Shown here piece by piece: positions 44,678 to 52,976 of a DNA stretch of 52,976 nucleotides. The position numbers and the translations under genes are program-made. A model generated the notes under the pieces. The model ran no database searches. It saw only the letters and a list, made by a program, of their open reading frames with translations, and was not told the DNA's origin. The number at the start of each line of letters is the position of its first letter. Position 1 is the stretch's first letter. This DNA comes from a virus (Duplodnaviria; Caudoviricetes): positions 1 through 52,976 of the IMG/VR virus record IMGVR_UViG_3300032523_001138; one strand, 5' to 3'.

Positions 44678-44684
44678 TGTTACT
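44678..44684 (+). promoter_or_regulatory. TGTTACT motif (putative phage promoter)
   Basis: Intergenic, upstream of GGAG and the TTG start of the polymerase. Confidence 0.65.
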
Positions 44685-44716
44685 GACGGCGCAGTGCCCT
44701 TTCATGGGAGAACAAC

Positions 44717-47335
44717 TTGCGCCAGTACACCGTCGTCACCGACGAGCACTTGCTCGCCGGTATTGCTCGCGAAATTGAGAGTGCCGACGTCATCGGGATC
44801 GACCTTGAGACAGCGAAGATCGGCGGAGGCGGCAGCTTCGACCCCCTGACGGGCCGTGTGCGCCTCTGCTCGGTGAACACAGGGCAGGCTCTCTACATCA
44901 TCGACCTCTACAAGACGCAGACGCTGGGGCCAGTTGTGGACGCTTTCAGGCGCACAAAGGGGGTGGTCGTCGGCCAGAACATGAAGTTCGACCAGAAGTG
45001 GCTGCTCTGGCACTTCGACCTTGAGCTGGTGAAGCTGTTCGACACCTTCCGCGCGTCGAGCATCATCTACGCGGGCCTCCCTGGGTTGAAGCACGACCTG
45101 TGGAGCCTCTACAAGCGCGAGCTGGGCGAAGCAGCGGCTGTCGAAGACCTCGGCGGCTCCGATTGGGACGGGACACTGACGCAGAAGCAGCTCGACTACG
45201 CAGCGGACGACATCGACAAGCTCCCGCGCCTCCGCGACGTGCTCAAGCCAAAGATCGTTCAGGCAGGGCTGGTGAAGATCGCTCAGCTGGAGTTCAACGC
45301 GGTCCTCCCCGAAGCCTGCATGGAGCTGAACGGCTTCTTCCTCGACAAAGAAATGTGGCTCACACGAACGGCGTCAGACAGGGCGCAGATGGAACGGCTG
45401 CGAGCGAGTTTGCTCGCCAAGCTTCCGAACCCGTCGAACCAGCTGGGGCTCTTCGGGAGTGCGCCCTTCAATCTCGAATCCCCCGACCAGATTCTCACGT
45501 CGCTCTGCATGTTGGGCGTGAAGCAGAAGTGGAAAGACCCTGAAACAGGGCTGACGAAGACGGTTCCCATCATGGACACCAAGGAGATGACGCTGGCGAT
45601 GGAGGCCGACCGCTGGCCCATCCTCAAGGAGTTCATCGAGTACCGAGGGTACGCGCAGGCGGTGAAGTCATTCGGCGAGGAGTACCTGAAACACATCCAC
45701 GCGACGTCGGGACGCGTCCACTCGTCGTACTTCCCGTTCACGGACACGGGACGGTATGCTAATCGTTCGCCAAACCTACAACAAGTCCCTCGCGGGAGCG
45801 CGTTTCGGGATTGCTTTAGGGCCGCTGAAGGTCGCTCTCTGGCCATCGCGGACTGGAGCAACATCGAGATGCGGATCGTTGCTGAGGTCTCCAAAGACCC
45901 CGTCCTCATCAAGGTATTCCAAGACGACCGCGATGCCCACTACGCGACGGCTTCCCTCGTCACTGGTAAACCTGAGAGTGAAGTGATAAAAGCCGAAAGA
46001 CAGCAAGCAAAGCCAGTGAACTTCGGGTTCTGCATCGCAGAAGGTCAGCGCGTGTTGACACAGGAAGGGTTGGTCCCGATCGAGTCGGTTCGAGATTGGC
46101 ACGTCGTATGGGATGGAGTAGAATGGGTGACCCACGACGGTCTGATCTACCGAGGGCTGCAGCCTGTTCAGACCCACGATGGCCTGACCACTACGCCCGA
46201 CCACGAGGTCTTCACTGATGACGGACACCGGATTTCAATGCGGGAAGCAGCATCCCCGCTTCGTCCCAGACGCCTTGCTGTTGGCGCAATTGGCATTGAT
46301 CCCGTTGGGTACATTGCGTTTGACCGGCAAGGTCGAACAGCGGCTCCGCAGCCGGAGGTACGTCGAGGCGACCTGCGACTGCTGCAACCAAGCCCGCTGG
46401 ATTCTGGTCGACAACATACGGGCGCGGAAGACGACCAACTGCACCTGCCACGGAAAGTACAACGATCCCCGATCCGAGACCTTGGGCGAACGCTTCGACT
46501 CTATGGTGCAGCGTTGTCGTCGGGATACGCACGTCTCGTCGCACAACTACAAGGGACGAGGGATTCAGGTCTTGTTCCTGTCGAGGGAGCAGTTCATTCG
46601 TTGGGCTCTGGAGACCTACCCGGACTCCGACTTCAAAGGGCTGGACTTCGACCGAACGAACAACGACGGGCACTACGAGCCATCGAACCTTCGGCTGGTG
46701 ACGCGCTCGGAAAACTTGAAGAACCGCTCCCGCTCGCCCACGTCTACGACCTCCTGAACGCGGGCCCCCGGCATCGCTTCACAGTGGAGGGGAAGGTCGT
46801 GAGCAACTGCTACGGGATGCAAGCGGCTCGCATGGTCCTCTACGCGAAGCAGGGCTATGGCGTGAACATGACGGAGGCGACGGCGCGAACCTTCCGCAGA
46901 AAATTCTTCGAGGCATACGAGGGGATTGCCAGCTGGCACCGAGGGGCACTGGACTCAGGGAAGCGTCAACGTGAGACCCGCACCGTCTGGGGACGCAGAC
47001 GCATCATCAAGGATGAGAAGGCGCACAACGAGTTCTTAAATTCCCCAATTCAGGGCACAGGCGCTGACGGCCTCAAGGTCGCCATCCGCAACGTCTACGA
47101 CCGTCTGAAAAAGCTCGCGGGCCGGACGCCCCTTCTCGGCAAGGGGGCGAAGTGCGCGCCGGTCCATATGGTCCACGACGAGATCATCGTCGAACACGAC
47201 GATGATCCTGAGCTGGAAATTCACGTTCGGCGGGAGCTGCACGATGGGATGATCGAGGGCATTGCCCCAATGCTCCCATCCGTTCCGACCCGTGCAGAGG
47301 TAGCGGGAGGGAAAAGCTGGGGAAGCAAAACCTGA
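44717..47335 (+). CDS. polA: Family A DNA polymerase with 3'-5' exonuclease and intein (613 aa spliced)
   Basis: DLET, YAADD, TGR...PNLQQVP, DWSNIEMR, KPVNFGF|CYG, IQGTGAD, VHDE. Confidence 0.95.
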   Translation: MRQYTVVTDEHLLAGIAREIESADVIGIDLETAKIGGGGSFDPLTGRVRLCSVNTGQALYIIDLYKTQTLGPVVDAFRRTKGVVVGQNMKFDQKWLLWHFDLELVKLFDTFRASSIIYAGLPGLKHDLWSLYKRELGEAAAVEDLGGSDWDGTLTQKQLDYAADDIDKLPRLRDVLKPKIVQAGLVKIAQLEFNAVLPEACMELNGFFLDKEMWLTRTASDRAQMERLRASLLAKLPNPSNQLGLFGSAPFNLESPDQILTSLCMLGVKQKWKDPETGLTKTVPIMDTKEMTLAMEADRWPILKEFIEYRGYAQAVKSFGEEYLKHIHATSGRVHSSYFPFTDTGRYANRSPNLQQVPRGSAFRDCFRAAEGRSLAIADWSNIEMRIVAEVSKDPVLIKVFQDDRDAHYATASLVTGKPESEVIKAERQQAKPVNFGFCIAEGQRVLTQEGLVPIESVRDWHVVWDGVEWVTHDGLIYRGLQPVQTHDGLTTTPDHEVFTDDGHRISMREAASPLRPRRLAVGAIGIDPVGYIAFDRQGRTAAPQPEVRRGDLRLLQPSPLDSGRQHTGAEDDQLHLPRKVQRSPIRDLGRTLRLYGAALSSGYARLVAQLQGTRDSGLVPVEGAVHSLGSGDLPGLRLQRAGLRPNEQRRALRAIEPSAGDALGKLEEPLPLAHVYDLLNAGPRHRFTVEGKVVSNCYGMQAARMVLYAKQGYGVNMTEATARTFRRKFFEAYEGIASWHRGALDSGKRQRETRTVWGRRRIIKDEKAHNEFLNSPIQGTGADGLKVAIRNVYDRLKKLAGRTPLLGKGAKCAPVHMVHDEIIVEHDDDPELEIHVRRELHDGMIEGIAPMLPSVPTRAEVAGGKSWGSKT
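46031..46807 (+). mobile_element. Intein in PolA motif B, 259 aa, HNH endonuclease in +1 frame
   Basis: CIAEGQRV...TPDHEV...VYDLLNAGPRHRF...VVSN|C. Confidence 0.93.
46218..46757 (+). CDS. Nested +1-frame HNH endonuclease
   Basis: CDCC...NCTC, SMVQRC, YKGRGI, DRTNNDGHYEPSNLRLVTRSENLKN; GAGGT SD 8 nt before the ATG. Confidence 0.88.
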   Translation: MTDTGFQCGKQHPRFVPDALLLAQLALIPLGTLRLTGKVEQRLRSRRYVEATCDCCNQARWILVDNIRARKTTNCTCHGKYNDPRSETLGERFDSMVQRCRRDTHVSSHNYKGRGIQVLFLSREQFIRWALETYPDSDFKGLDFDRTNNDGHYEPSNLRLVTRSENLKNRSRSPTSTTS

Positions 47336-47394
47336 GCGCCTGTCAATGCAGGTTGTCGTTGTTGACATCGCCCCTATGCTGTTAGGCTGAGAGC

Positions 47395-48144
47395 ATGGCT
47401 GAGTCTGGAAAGAATACCGCACTGCCCAAGAAAGGCGGACACATACGCCCAGTGAGCCGGTCGACTAATTTCGCGTCAGTGCGGAACCTCAAGTGCTTCA
47501 AGGAGCTACACAAAAAGCTTGTGGAAGAGGGTGTTTCGGGACGGATTGTGGCCGAGTGGGTGCAGAACGAGCGCAACGAGATGACCCACATGACGCCTGC
47601 GTCTCTGGTCAACCTCCTCACGGAGTACCGCATGTCCATCCCTGCGGCGAAACGCGCTGGACCCCTGAATATCGTCTTCGAGAAGGCTGTAGCCGAGGTG
47701 AAAATAGGGATCAGCGAGCTGGATGAGTTACACAGACTCTACAAAATCCAGATGGACCGAATTAACATCGACTTCACCACTGAGAAAAACATCAAGAAAC
47801 TGTTGCCGTCCGTGACTCAAGAGATCCGAGCTGCGCGGGAGATACTATCTTCAGCGGCGCAGCTGAAGATGGACCTCGGCATCAACGACCGAAAACTTGG
47901 TTCCGTCTCAGTAGAAGCGACCCTAATGGCCGACGTCGCCTCCCGCTACGCCGACAACCCAGGGGTGGTCAAGGTGCTCGACAGTTCGGAGTCCCGTCGC
48001 AAGGTGCTCGCCATCGCCGAGCGGCTGCTGTCCATTGCGGAGCGATCTGACCGCAACCCGGAGTTCGCAGGGGAGCTGGATGCTCTGTCAGACGACGCCA
48101 CGCCCGGCGACCTCATCGACATGCCTCCAGAGTCGAAGGGCTGA
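47395..48144 (+). CDS. Putative terminase small subunit
   Basis: Helical protein immediately upstream of TerL; positional inference only. Confidence 0.5.
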   Translation: MAESGKNTALPKKGGHIRPVSRSTNFASVRNLKCFKELHKKLVEEGVSGRIVAEWVQNERNEMTHMTPASLVNLLTEYRMSIPAAKRAGPLNIVFEKAVAEVKIGISELDELHRLYKIQMDRINIDFTTEKNIKKLLPSVTQEIRAAREILSSAAQLKMDLGINDRKLGSVSVEATLMADVASRYADNPGVVKVLDSSESRRKVLAIAERLLSIAERSDRNPEFAGELDALSDDATPGDLIDMPPESKG

Positions 48145-48147
48145 CCC

Positions 48148-51100
48148 ATGCTTGTCACCCGCGAAGGCCGCACGATCAGCGTCCGCACTGCCTCGGAGCT
48201 GGACGAGTCTTTGAAGAAGGAGATGTCGACGCTCTCCCCAGAGGAGCGCGAGGCCCTGCGAATTATTCTGCAGGACTTCCACCATCAGCCTCTGACCGGA
48301 CCCGCAGCGACGCAGTTCGCACAGCCCAACCTGCTCGCGGCTCTTTCGGCTGCCGAGTACAAGACTCCGCCAGTCGACATGCGGACCTTCATCAAAGACC
48401 CTGAGTTCCTCGGGAACACTTGCGACTCCCTCTACCCGAAGTTCCTCGACGACCTCGTGGACCTGTTCTCGGGCGGCTACAACGAGTGTGTGTTCTGCCT
48501 GCACCCAGACACGCCTGTGCCGTTGCTCGATGGGACGGCACCAACCATCAAAGCTCTCGCAGAGCGGTTCGCTGTCGACCAGACTCCATTCTGGGTCTAC
48601 GGGGTCGAGGAGTCTGGGAAAGTTGTTCCTGCTCAAGCCGAGAACCCCCGCAAGACAGGGGAGGACGACTACTACGAGGTCACACTGGACGACGGCTCTG
48701 TGTTCACCGGGAACGCGCGCCATCAGATGATCCTGCGTGACGGGTCGAAGAGAATGATCCGCGACATGCGGGCTGGCGACAGTCTGATGCCTTTCGACAC
48801 GAAGGTATCCTCCCGAGGCGAGGGCCGCAGAATTCATGGCTACGAGATGGTTCGTACGCTCGACACCGAAAACTTCCGATACACGCACGCGCTCGTCGAG
48901 GAGGACAAGGCAGGCCCCATCGACTCAAAGGCAGTCACGGTCCACCACCGGAACTTCAAAAAGCTCGACAACACCCCAAAAAACCTAGAGCGCTTGACTT
49001 GGCGAGCGCACACCGCCCTCCACCACCAACACCGCATGGAGTATCTCGAAGCCAACCCAGTCGTTCACACTGCCCTGCGGGATCGCGCGACCAAGAATGC
49101 GACTGACCCAGAGTCGCCGCTCCGCAAAGGGCATCGCGAATTCATGCGCTCCGCCAAGGGACGGGCACTATCTCGAAAAAATCTGGCACAAGCCGAGGTG
49201 CCAACCGATGCGCTTCGCGCTCGCGGTGCGAAAGGCTCTCGCTCTCGGTGGTGTGGTGAGGGGAGTGAAAATCAGAAGTCCGCAGCATCCGATCGACTGA
49301 GCGCCCGAAATAGAGACGGCAACAGCGTCAGCGCTCTTCGGGCGCGTTGGAAAGACCCCGTCCAGAGGGAAGCAGCTCGTCTACGCATGGCTGCTCGCAA
49401 CAAGGCCAACGCAGGGAAAGCGCTGCGTTCAGATATCACCGCAGAAGCCGTAAAAGCCGCAGTCACTGAAGGTGCTTCAACTCTGAAGGCGGCCTCAGTG
49501 GCTTTGGGCTGCTCCACAACCCGAGTCAGACGCGCTTTGGTGGACGCTGGGATTGATCCTAAAACCGTCTTCGCGCGTCGACGAAATCATCACGTCGTCA
49601 GCATCGAGAAGGTCGGCCACGGTCCGGTCTACTGCATGACCGTTCCTCGCACGACGAACTTTGCGATCTGCACAGGTCGCTCCGATGGAAGCCACTCCCG
49701 AAGCGGCGTATTCTCGTCGAATACAGGCGCGATCGGCATCGGCAAATGCCTAGTCGGTGAAACGGAGATCTACGACACACAGACCGGACGTCGCCGCACG
49801 GTCGACGAGCCCGGTGTGCTCGCAGTGCCGTCCAAAACCGACAGCGGTCTTCTTTCCAGCATGCCTGCAGTGTCGATTCCGTCGGGTGTGAAGCCGTGTG
49901 TGCGCGTCACGCTGTCTGCGGGACAATCCGTAGTGCCATCGACTGACCACGCTATCTTCACGGCACGGGGCTGGGTCGAAGCGGCCAGCCTGACGACCGA
50001 CGATCTTGTTGCAACGCCACGAAGCCTTCCTGCGCCGATCACCAGCAAGTCCTTCAGTGACAACGAGGTGAAACTCATTGCCTACCTCTTGGCTGACGGT
50101 GGCATGACGACGCTGTCGACGACGTTCACAAACGGAAAGCGAGTTTTGCTCGACGAATTCAAGGCGCTGGTGGAGTCGGAAGGTGACTGCTCGACCTACC
50201 AAAACTGGCACAAGGACTCAGCACCTGGCATCAAAGAGAAGACTTCACTGAGCAAAGCCACGGAGTTTTCCGTTACGGGTCTCGCGCACAAGGTTCGCGG
50301 CTGGGGGATCAACAGCCACTCGCGGGACAAGCGAGTGCCTTCGGACTTCTACGGTCTTCCTGCGCGCCAGATCGCGCTCTTCCTTTCTCGCTTCTGGTCT
50401 TGCGATGGCTACATCAACCCCGGCAAGTGCCCTCAGATCGACGTGACCCTCGCATCACAAGGCTTGGTCGACGACCTACGCCACATGATGCTTCGCCTTG
50501 GAATCCCGTCCCGCAAGAGCTTCAAATGGGCGACCATAAAACAACAGGACGGCTCCAAGAAGAAGTACCCCGCGTGGCGTCTCCTTGTGACAGGAGCACC
50601 TGCAGTACGAAACTTCATCGAGACGGTGGGGCCTGTGCTCGGTAAGGAAGCCTTCTGCGCCGAAGCCATTGCATCCTGCGACCGAGTCAAAGCCCCCAAC
50701 CCGAACGTCGACTTGGTGCCCATCCGCATCCATGAGCTGAGAGAGATTCGTAAGGAGCTTGGGTGGTCAGAACGCAAGATGCGGAGTCGGTTCTCCTTGG
50801 CGGCAGGTTCGTGCATGAGCCGCTCACGCTTCGAGCGACTTTGCGCGGAGACCGGCTACAAGGGGCGCTACGCTTGGTTAGCCTCTTCCGATCTGGTGTG
50901 GGACTTAGTGGAGCGCGTGGAGCCCGTGGGAGATCGGGAGGTTTACGACCTCTCAGTGCCGGGAACCCACAACTTTGTGGCCAACCAGATCGTCGTTCAC
51001 AACACCTTCGTGTGTACGATTGGAATTGCGAGAGTCCTGTATGAAATATCATGCCTGAAAGACCCTCACAAGACGTTCGGCCTTGCCAAAGACACGAACA

Positions 51101-52976
51101 TCACGCTCGCTTGCTTCAGCGGCGACACCGAGTTTTACGACGGCTTCACTGGCCAACGTCACACGATGGCGCAAGCCGCAGCCTTATCCCTGCCCCACGG
51201 GGTTGTAGGTTTTGGAGGGCGCTCCCTGACGGCGTCGAGATCGCTAGGTGCGCGAAAAACAGGAACCAAAGAAGTCTTCGCCCTCAAGACATCAACCGGA
51301 AGGACCATCCGAGCGTCTGCAGAGCACAAGTTTTTATCCTTGACGCGTGGGCCGGTAACTTTGGGTCAGCTCGCGGTCGGAGAAGCCGTCGCCGTATCAG
51401 CATTCACCCCTGAGCCAACGGTGCCAGACACGACACTATCTGACGCCGAGATACGCTTGCTTGCGTATCTCATCGCTGAAGGCAACACGATGACTCCGCA
51501 CGTCGCCTTTGGAAACACCGATGAGCGTCTGGTGGCTGAGTTCGTACAGGACGCCAAGGCGATTGGTTGCTTCGACGTCACTGTGACGAGGCACCGCCCG
51601 AAAAACAAAAAGACCTACTGCACAGTGCGAGAGCGATCTGGGAAGCAAGGCCAGCGGAATGTTCGCTATGCGCTGTGGGACTTATCCTCCCGCTTCGGGC
51701 TGGCGGGGACGAATTCGCAGGCCAAGCGGATACCTCCTGAGATTTTCCGATTGCCGAACGCGAAGATCGCTTTGTTTCTGAACCGGCTGTTTGCAGGTGA
51801 CGGCTCCTGTTACTTCGCAGAGCGACCGCCCGAGAAGAGTGCGACGCAAAACTGGCGCACCTACCAGCTACGCTATGCCACAACGTCACCCCTATTGGCT
51901 AGGGACGTGGCGGACGCCCTGACTCGCTTCGGCATCTACGCATCCATCCGGAGTCAGCCGGTGAAGGCCAGCCGCCCTCACACCGTCTACCACGTCGACT
52001 TTTCGCGGAAGGAGTACGTCCACAAGTTCATCTCTGCGATTGGAATTTTTGGTCGGGAGTACCAGTACGACCGGGCAGCGTGGCGGGGGTTCTCGGTCAC
52101 TTCGGGAGACATCTGCTGGGACGAGGTGGTGTCAATCGTCCCGAGCGGCATAGAAGATGTCTACTGTGTCGTCGATGTGGAGCCGAGTCCTTGGTTCGTC
52201 GCGCAGCAGTTCATCGTACACAACTGCTTTTCGGTCAACGAAGAACTTGCTACAAAAGTTGTGTTCGAGAACATCAAGACGAAGATCACGGCGTCGCCGT
52301 ACTTCATGCGGAACTTCCCCTTCTCGGCGACGAAGAAGGAGCTGCGGTTCCCTCACAACGTGTGGGTCGCGCCGCGTGCAACCACTGACACGTCTGCCCT
52401 CGGCTTGAACGTCATCAGCGCCTTCATGGACGAAGGTAACTTTCTTCCGAAGCGCGGGAAGTACAGCGCAGCCGCAGGGGTCGTCGACCACGCCGACCTC
52501 ATCTACTCCTCGCTCAAGCGACGTATGAAGTCTCGCTTCGAGAAGGCAGGGAAGCTCCCTGGCATCCTCTTCATCGCGTCATCAAAGACGACCCACGAAG
52601 ACTTCGTCAGCCGTCGCCTGAAGGAAGCGCGCGACGACCCCACGCTGTTCGTGCGCGACTACGCGCTCTGGGAGATCAAGCCGGAGGACTACTACTCGGC
52701 GGAGAAGTTTCAGGTGCTCGTCGGCAACGAGACGATCCCATCCAAGATACTCGACCCCGGCGAAGCAGACCGTCTCCGACCGGGTCTCCCCGACGGCACG
52801 CTGATCATCAACGTCCCCGAGGACTTCCGCATCGATTTTGAGCGCGACCTTGAGGGGTGTTTCACGGGGGACACGAAGGTATCTCTGCTGGACGGACGCG
52901 AAGTCGCGCTTGGTGACTTGAAGCCCGACGACGTTTTCTGGGTCTACTCCTTCGGCCCCGACGGACGGATGTATCC
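48148..52976 (+). CDS. terL: Terminase large subunit, 3'-partial, with at least four inteins (absent from the ORF track)
   Basis: Translated by hand with no stop to the window end; spliced ECVF|TGAIGIGK|TF Walker A, LGLNVISAFMDE Walker B, FIASS motif III. Confidence 0.9.
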   Translation, partial: MLVTREGRTISVRTASELDESLKKEMSTLSPEEREALRIILQDFHHQPLTGPAATQFAQPNLLAALSAAEYKTPPVDMRTFIKDPEFLGNTCDSLYPKFLDDLVDLFSGGYNECVFCLHPDTPVPLLDGTAPTIKALAERFAVDQTPFWVYGVEESGKVVPAQAENPRKTGEDDYYEVTLDDGSVFTGNARHQMILRDGSKRMIRDMRAGDSLMPFDTKVSSRGEGRRIHGYEMVRTLDTENFRYTHALVEEDKAGPIDSKAVTVHHRNFKKLDNTPKNLERLTWRAHTALHHQHRMEYLEANPVVHTALRDRATKNATDPESPLRKGHREFMRSAKGRALSRKNLAQAEVPTDALRARGAKGSRSRWCGEGSENQKSAASDRLSARNRDGNSVSALRARWKDPVQREAARLRMAARNKANAGKALRSDITAEAVKAAVTEGASTLKAASVALGCSTTRVRRALVDAGIDPKTVFARRRNHHVVSIEKVGHGPVYCMTVPRTTNFAICTGRSDGSHSRSGVFSSNTGAIGIGKCLVGETEIYDTQTGRRRTVDEPGVLAVPSKTDSGLLSSMPAVSIPSGVKPCVRVTLSAGQSVVPSTDHAIFTARGWVEAASLTTDDLVATPRSLPAPITSKSFSDNEVKLIAYLLADGGMTTLSTTFTNGKRVLLDEFKALVESEGDCSTYQNWHKDSAPGIKEKTSLSKATEFSVTGLAHKVRGWGINSHSRDKRVPSDFYGLPARQIALFLSRFWSCDGYINPGKCPQIDVTLASQGLVDDLRHMMLRLGIPSRKSFKWATIKQQDGSKKKYPAWRLLVTGAPAVRNFIETVGPVLGKEAFCAEAIASCDRVKAPNPNVDLVPIRIHELREIRKELGWSERKMRSRFSLAAGSCMSRSRFERLCAETGYKGRYAWLASSDLVWDLVERVEPVGDREVYDLSVPGTHNFVANQIVVHNTFVCTIGIARVLYEISCLKDPHKTFGLAKDTNITLACFSGDTEFYDGFTGQRHTMAQAAALSLPHGVVGFGGRSLTASRSLGARKTGTKEVFALKTSTGRTIRASAEHKFLSLTRGPVTLGQLAVGEAVAVSAFTPEPTVPDTTLSDAEIRLLAYLIAEGNTMTPHVAFGNTDERLVAEFVQDAKAIGCFDVTVTRHRPKNKKTYCTVRERSGKQGQRNVRYALWDLSSRFGLAGTNSQAKRIPPEIFRLPNAKIALFLNRLFAGDGSCYFAERPPEKSATQNWRTYQLRYATTSPLLARDVADALTRFGIYASIRSQPVKASRPHTVYHVDFSRKEYVHKFISAIGIFGREYQYDRAAWRGFSVTSGDICWDEVVSIVPSGIEDVYCVVDVEPSPWFVAQQFIVHNCFSVNEELATKVVFENIKTKITASPYFMRNFPFSATKKELRFPHNVWVAPRATTDTSALGLNVISAFMDEGNFLPKRGKYSAAAGVVDHADLIYSSLKRRMKSRFEKAGKLPGILFIASSKTTHEDFVSRRLKEARDDPTLFVRDYALWEIKPEDYYSAEKFQVLVGNETIPSKILDPGEADRLRPGLPDGTLIINVPEDFRIDFERDLEGCFTGDTKVSLLDGREVALGDLKPDDVFWVYSFGPDGRMY
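48496..49722 (+). mobile_element. TerL intein 1, 409 aa, in-frame HNH endonuclease
   Basis: CLHPDT...VHHRNFKKLDNTPKNL...VYCMTV...FSSN|T. Confidence 0.9.
49747..51003 (+). mobile_element. TerL intein 2, 419 aa, LAGLIDADG endonuclease
   Basis: CLVGET...IAYLLADGG...FLSRFWSCDG...IVVHN|T. Confidence 0.93.
51112..52224 (+). mobile_element. TerL intein 3, 371 aa, LAGLIDADG endonuclease
   Basis: CFSGDT...LAYLIAEGN...FLNRLFAGDG...FIVHN|C. Confidence 0.92.
52858..52976 (+). mobile_element. TerL intein 4, N-terminal part only
   Basis: CFTGDTKVSLLDG...FWVYS block A, similar to the start of intein 1. Confidence 0.85.

Larger units (their letters stand above)
1..52976. mobile_element. Segment of a large tailed dsDNA bacteriophage genome
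   Basis: Terminase large subunit, phage-type replication/recombination genes, virion-like proteins, dense small ORFs, many inteins; no host housekeeping operons or integrase seen. Confidence 0.93.

Noticed and set aside
47362-47388. TTGACA...TAGGCT promoter before the putative terS
   Set aside because: Spacer is only 15 nt; not convincing without data.
48496-49722. Class 3 intein call based on block F Cys
   Set aside because: Starts with Cys1 and lacks the block B Trp of the WCT triad.
51808-51814. TGTTACT inside TerL intein 3
   Set aside because: Within coding sequence with no downstream gene start; probably chance.
48088-52491. Short ORFs listed in the track over the right end
   Set aside because: All are shadows of the uninterrupted TerL frame, which the track missed because it has no stop in the window.
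1-52976. tRNA, rRNA, integrase or alternative genetic code
   Set aside because: None recognised by eye; genes read through cleanly in the standard code. A tRNA/Rfam scan would be needed to exclude small RNAs.

Overview
A 53-kb segment of a large, GC-rich tailed dsDNA phage genome. Left arm: small accessory genes (DUF6011/HARP-like protein, DUF4314, thaumatin-like lipoprotein, sigma-70-like factor, Lar-like protein, patatin, thermonuclease), three virion-like genes and a MoxR AAA+/vWA pair. Middle: replication/recombination block (wHTH initiator, DnaC-like loader, DnaB, primase, SSBs, SF2 helicase, RecA, Hjc-like and RuvC resolvases, Cas4-like nuclease, ParB-like protein). Right: a ~1560-aa tandem kinase plus ART-like protein, a zeta-like kinase, family A DNA polymerase, a probable TerS and a TerL that runs off the window. 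There are nine inteins (about 9.3 kb): DnaB, SF2 helicase, RecA, ParB-like, PolA and four in TerL. The helicase and PolA inteins are dual-coding: the splicing frame stays open while a homing endonuclease (DUF559/Vsr-like and HNH respectively) is encoded in the +1 frame, one behind an internal TTGACT-N17-TACCAT promoter-like site. A recurrent (T)GTTACT motif upstream of 12 genes looks like a phage-specific promoter. All calls come from manual motif recognition; no searches were run.
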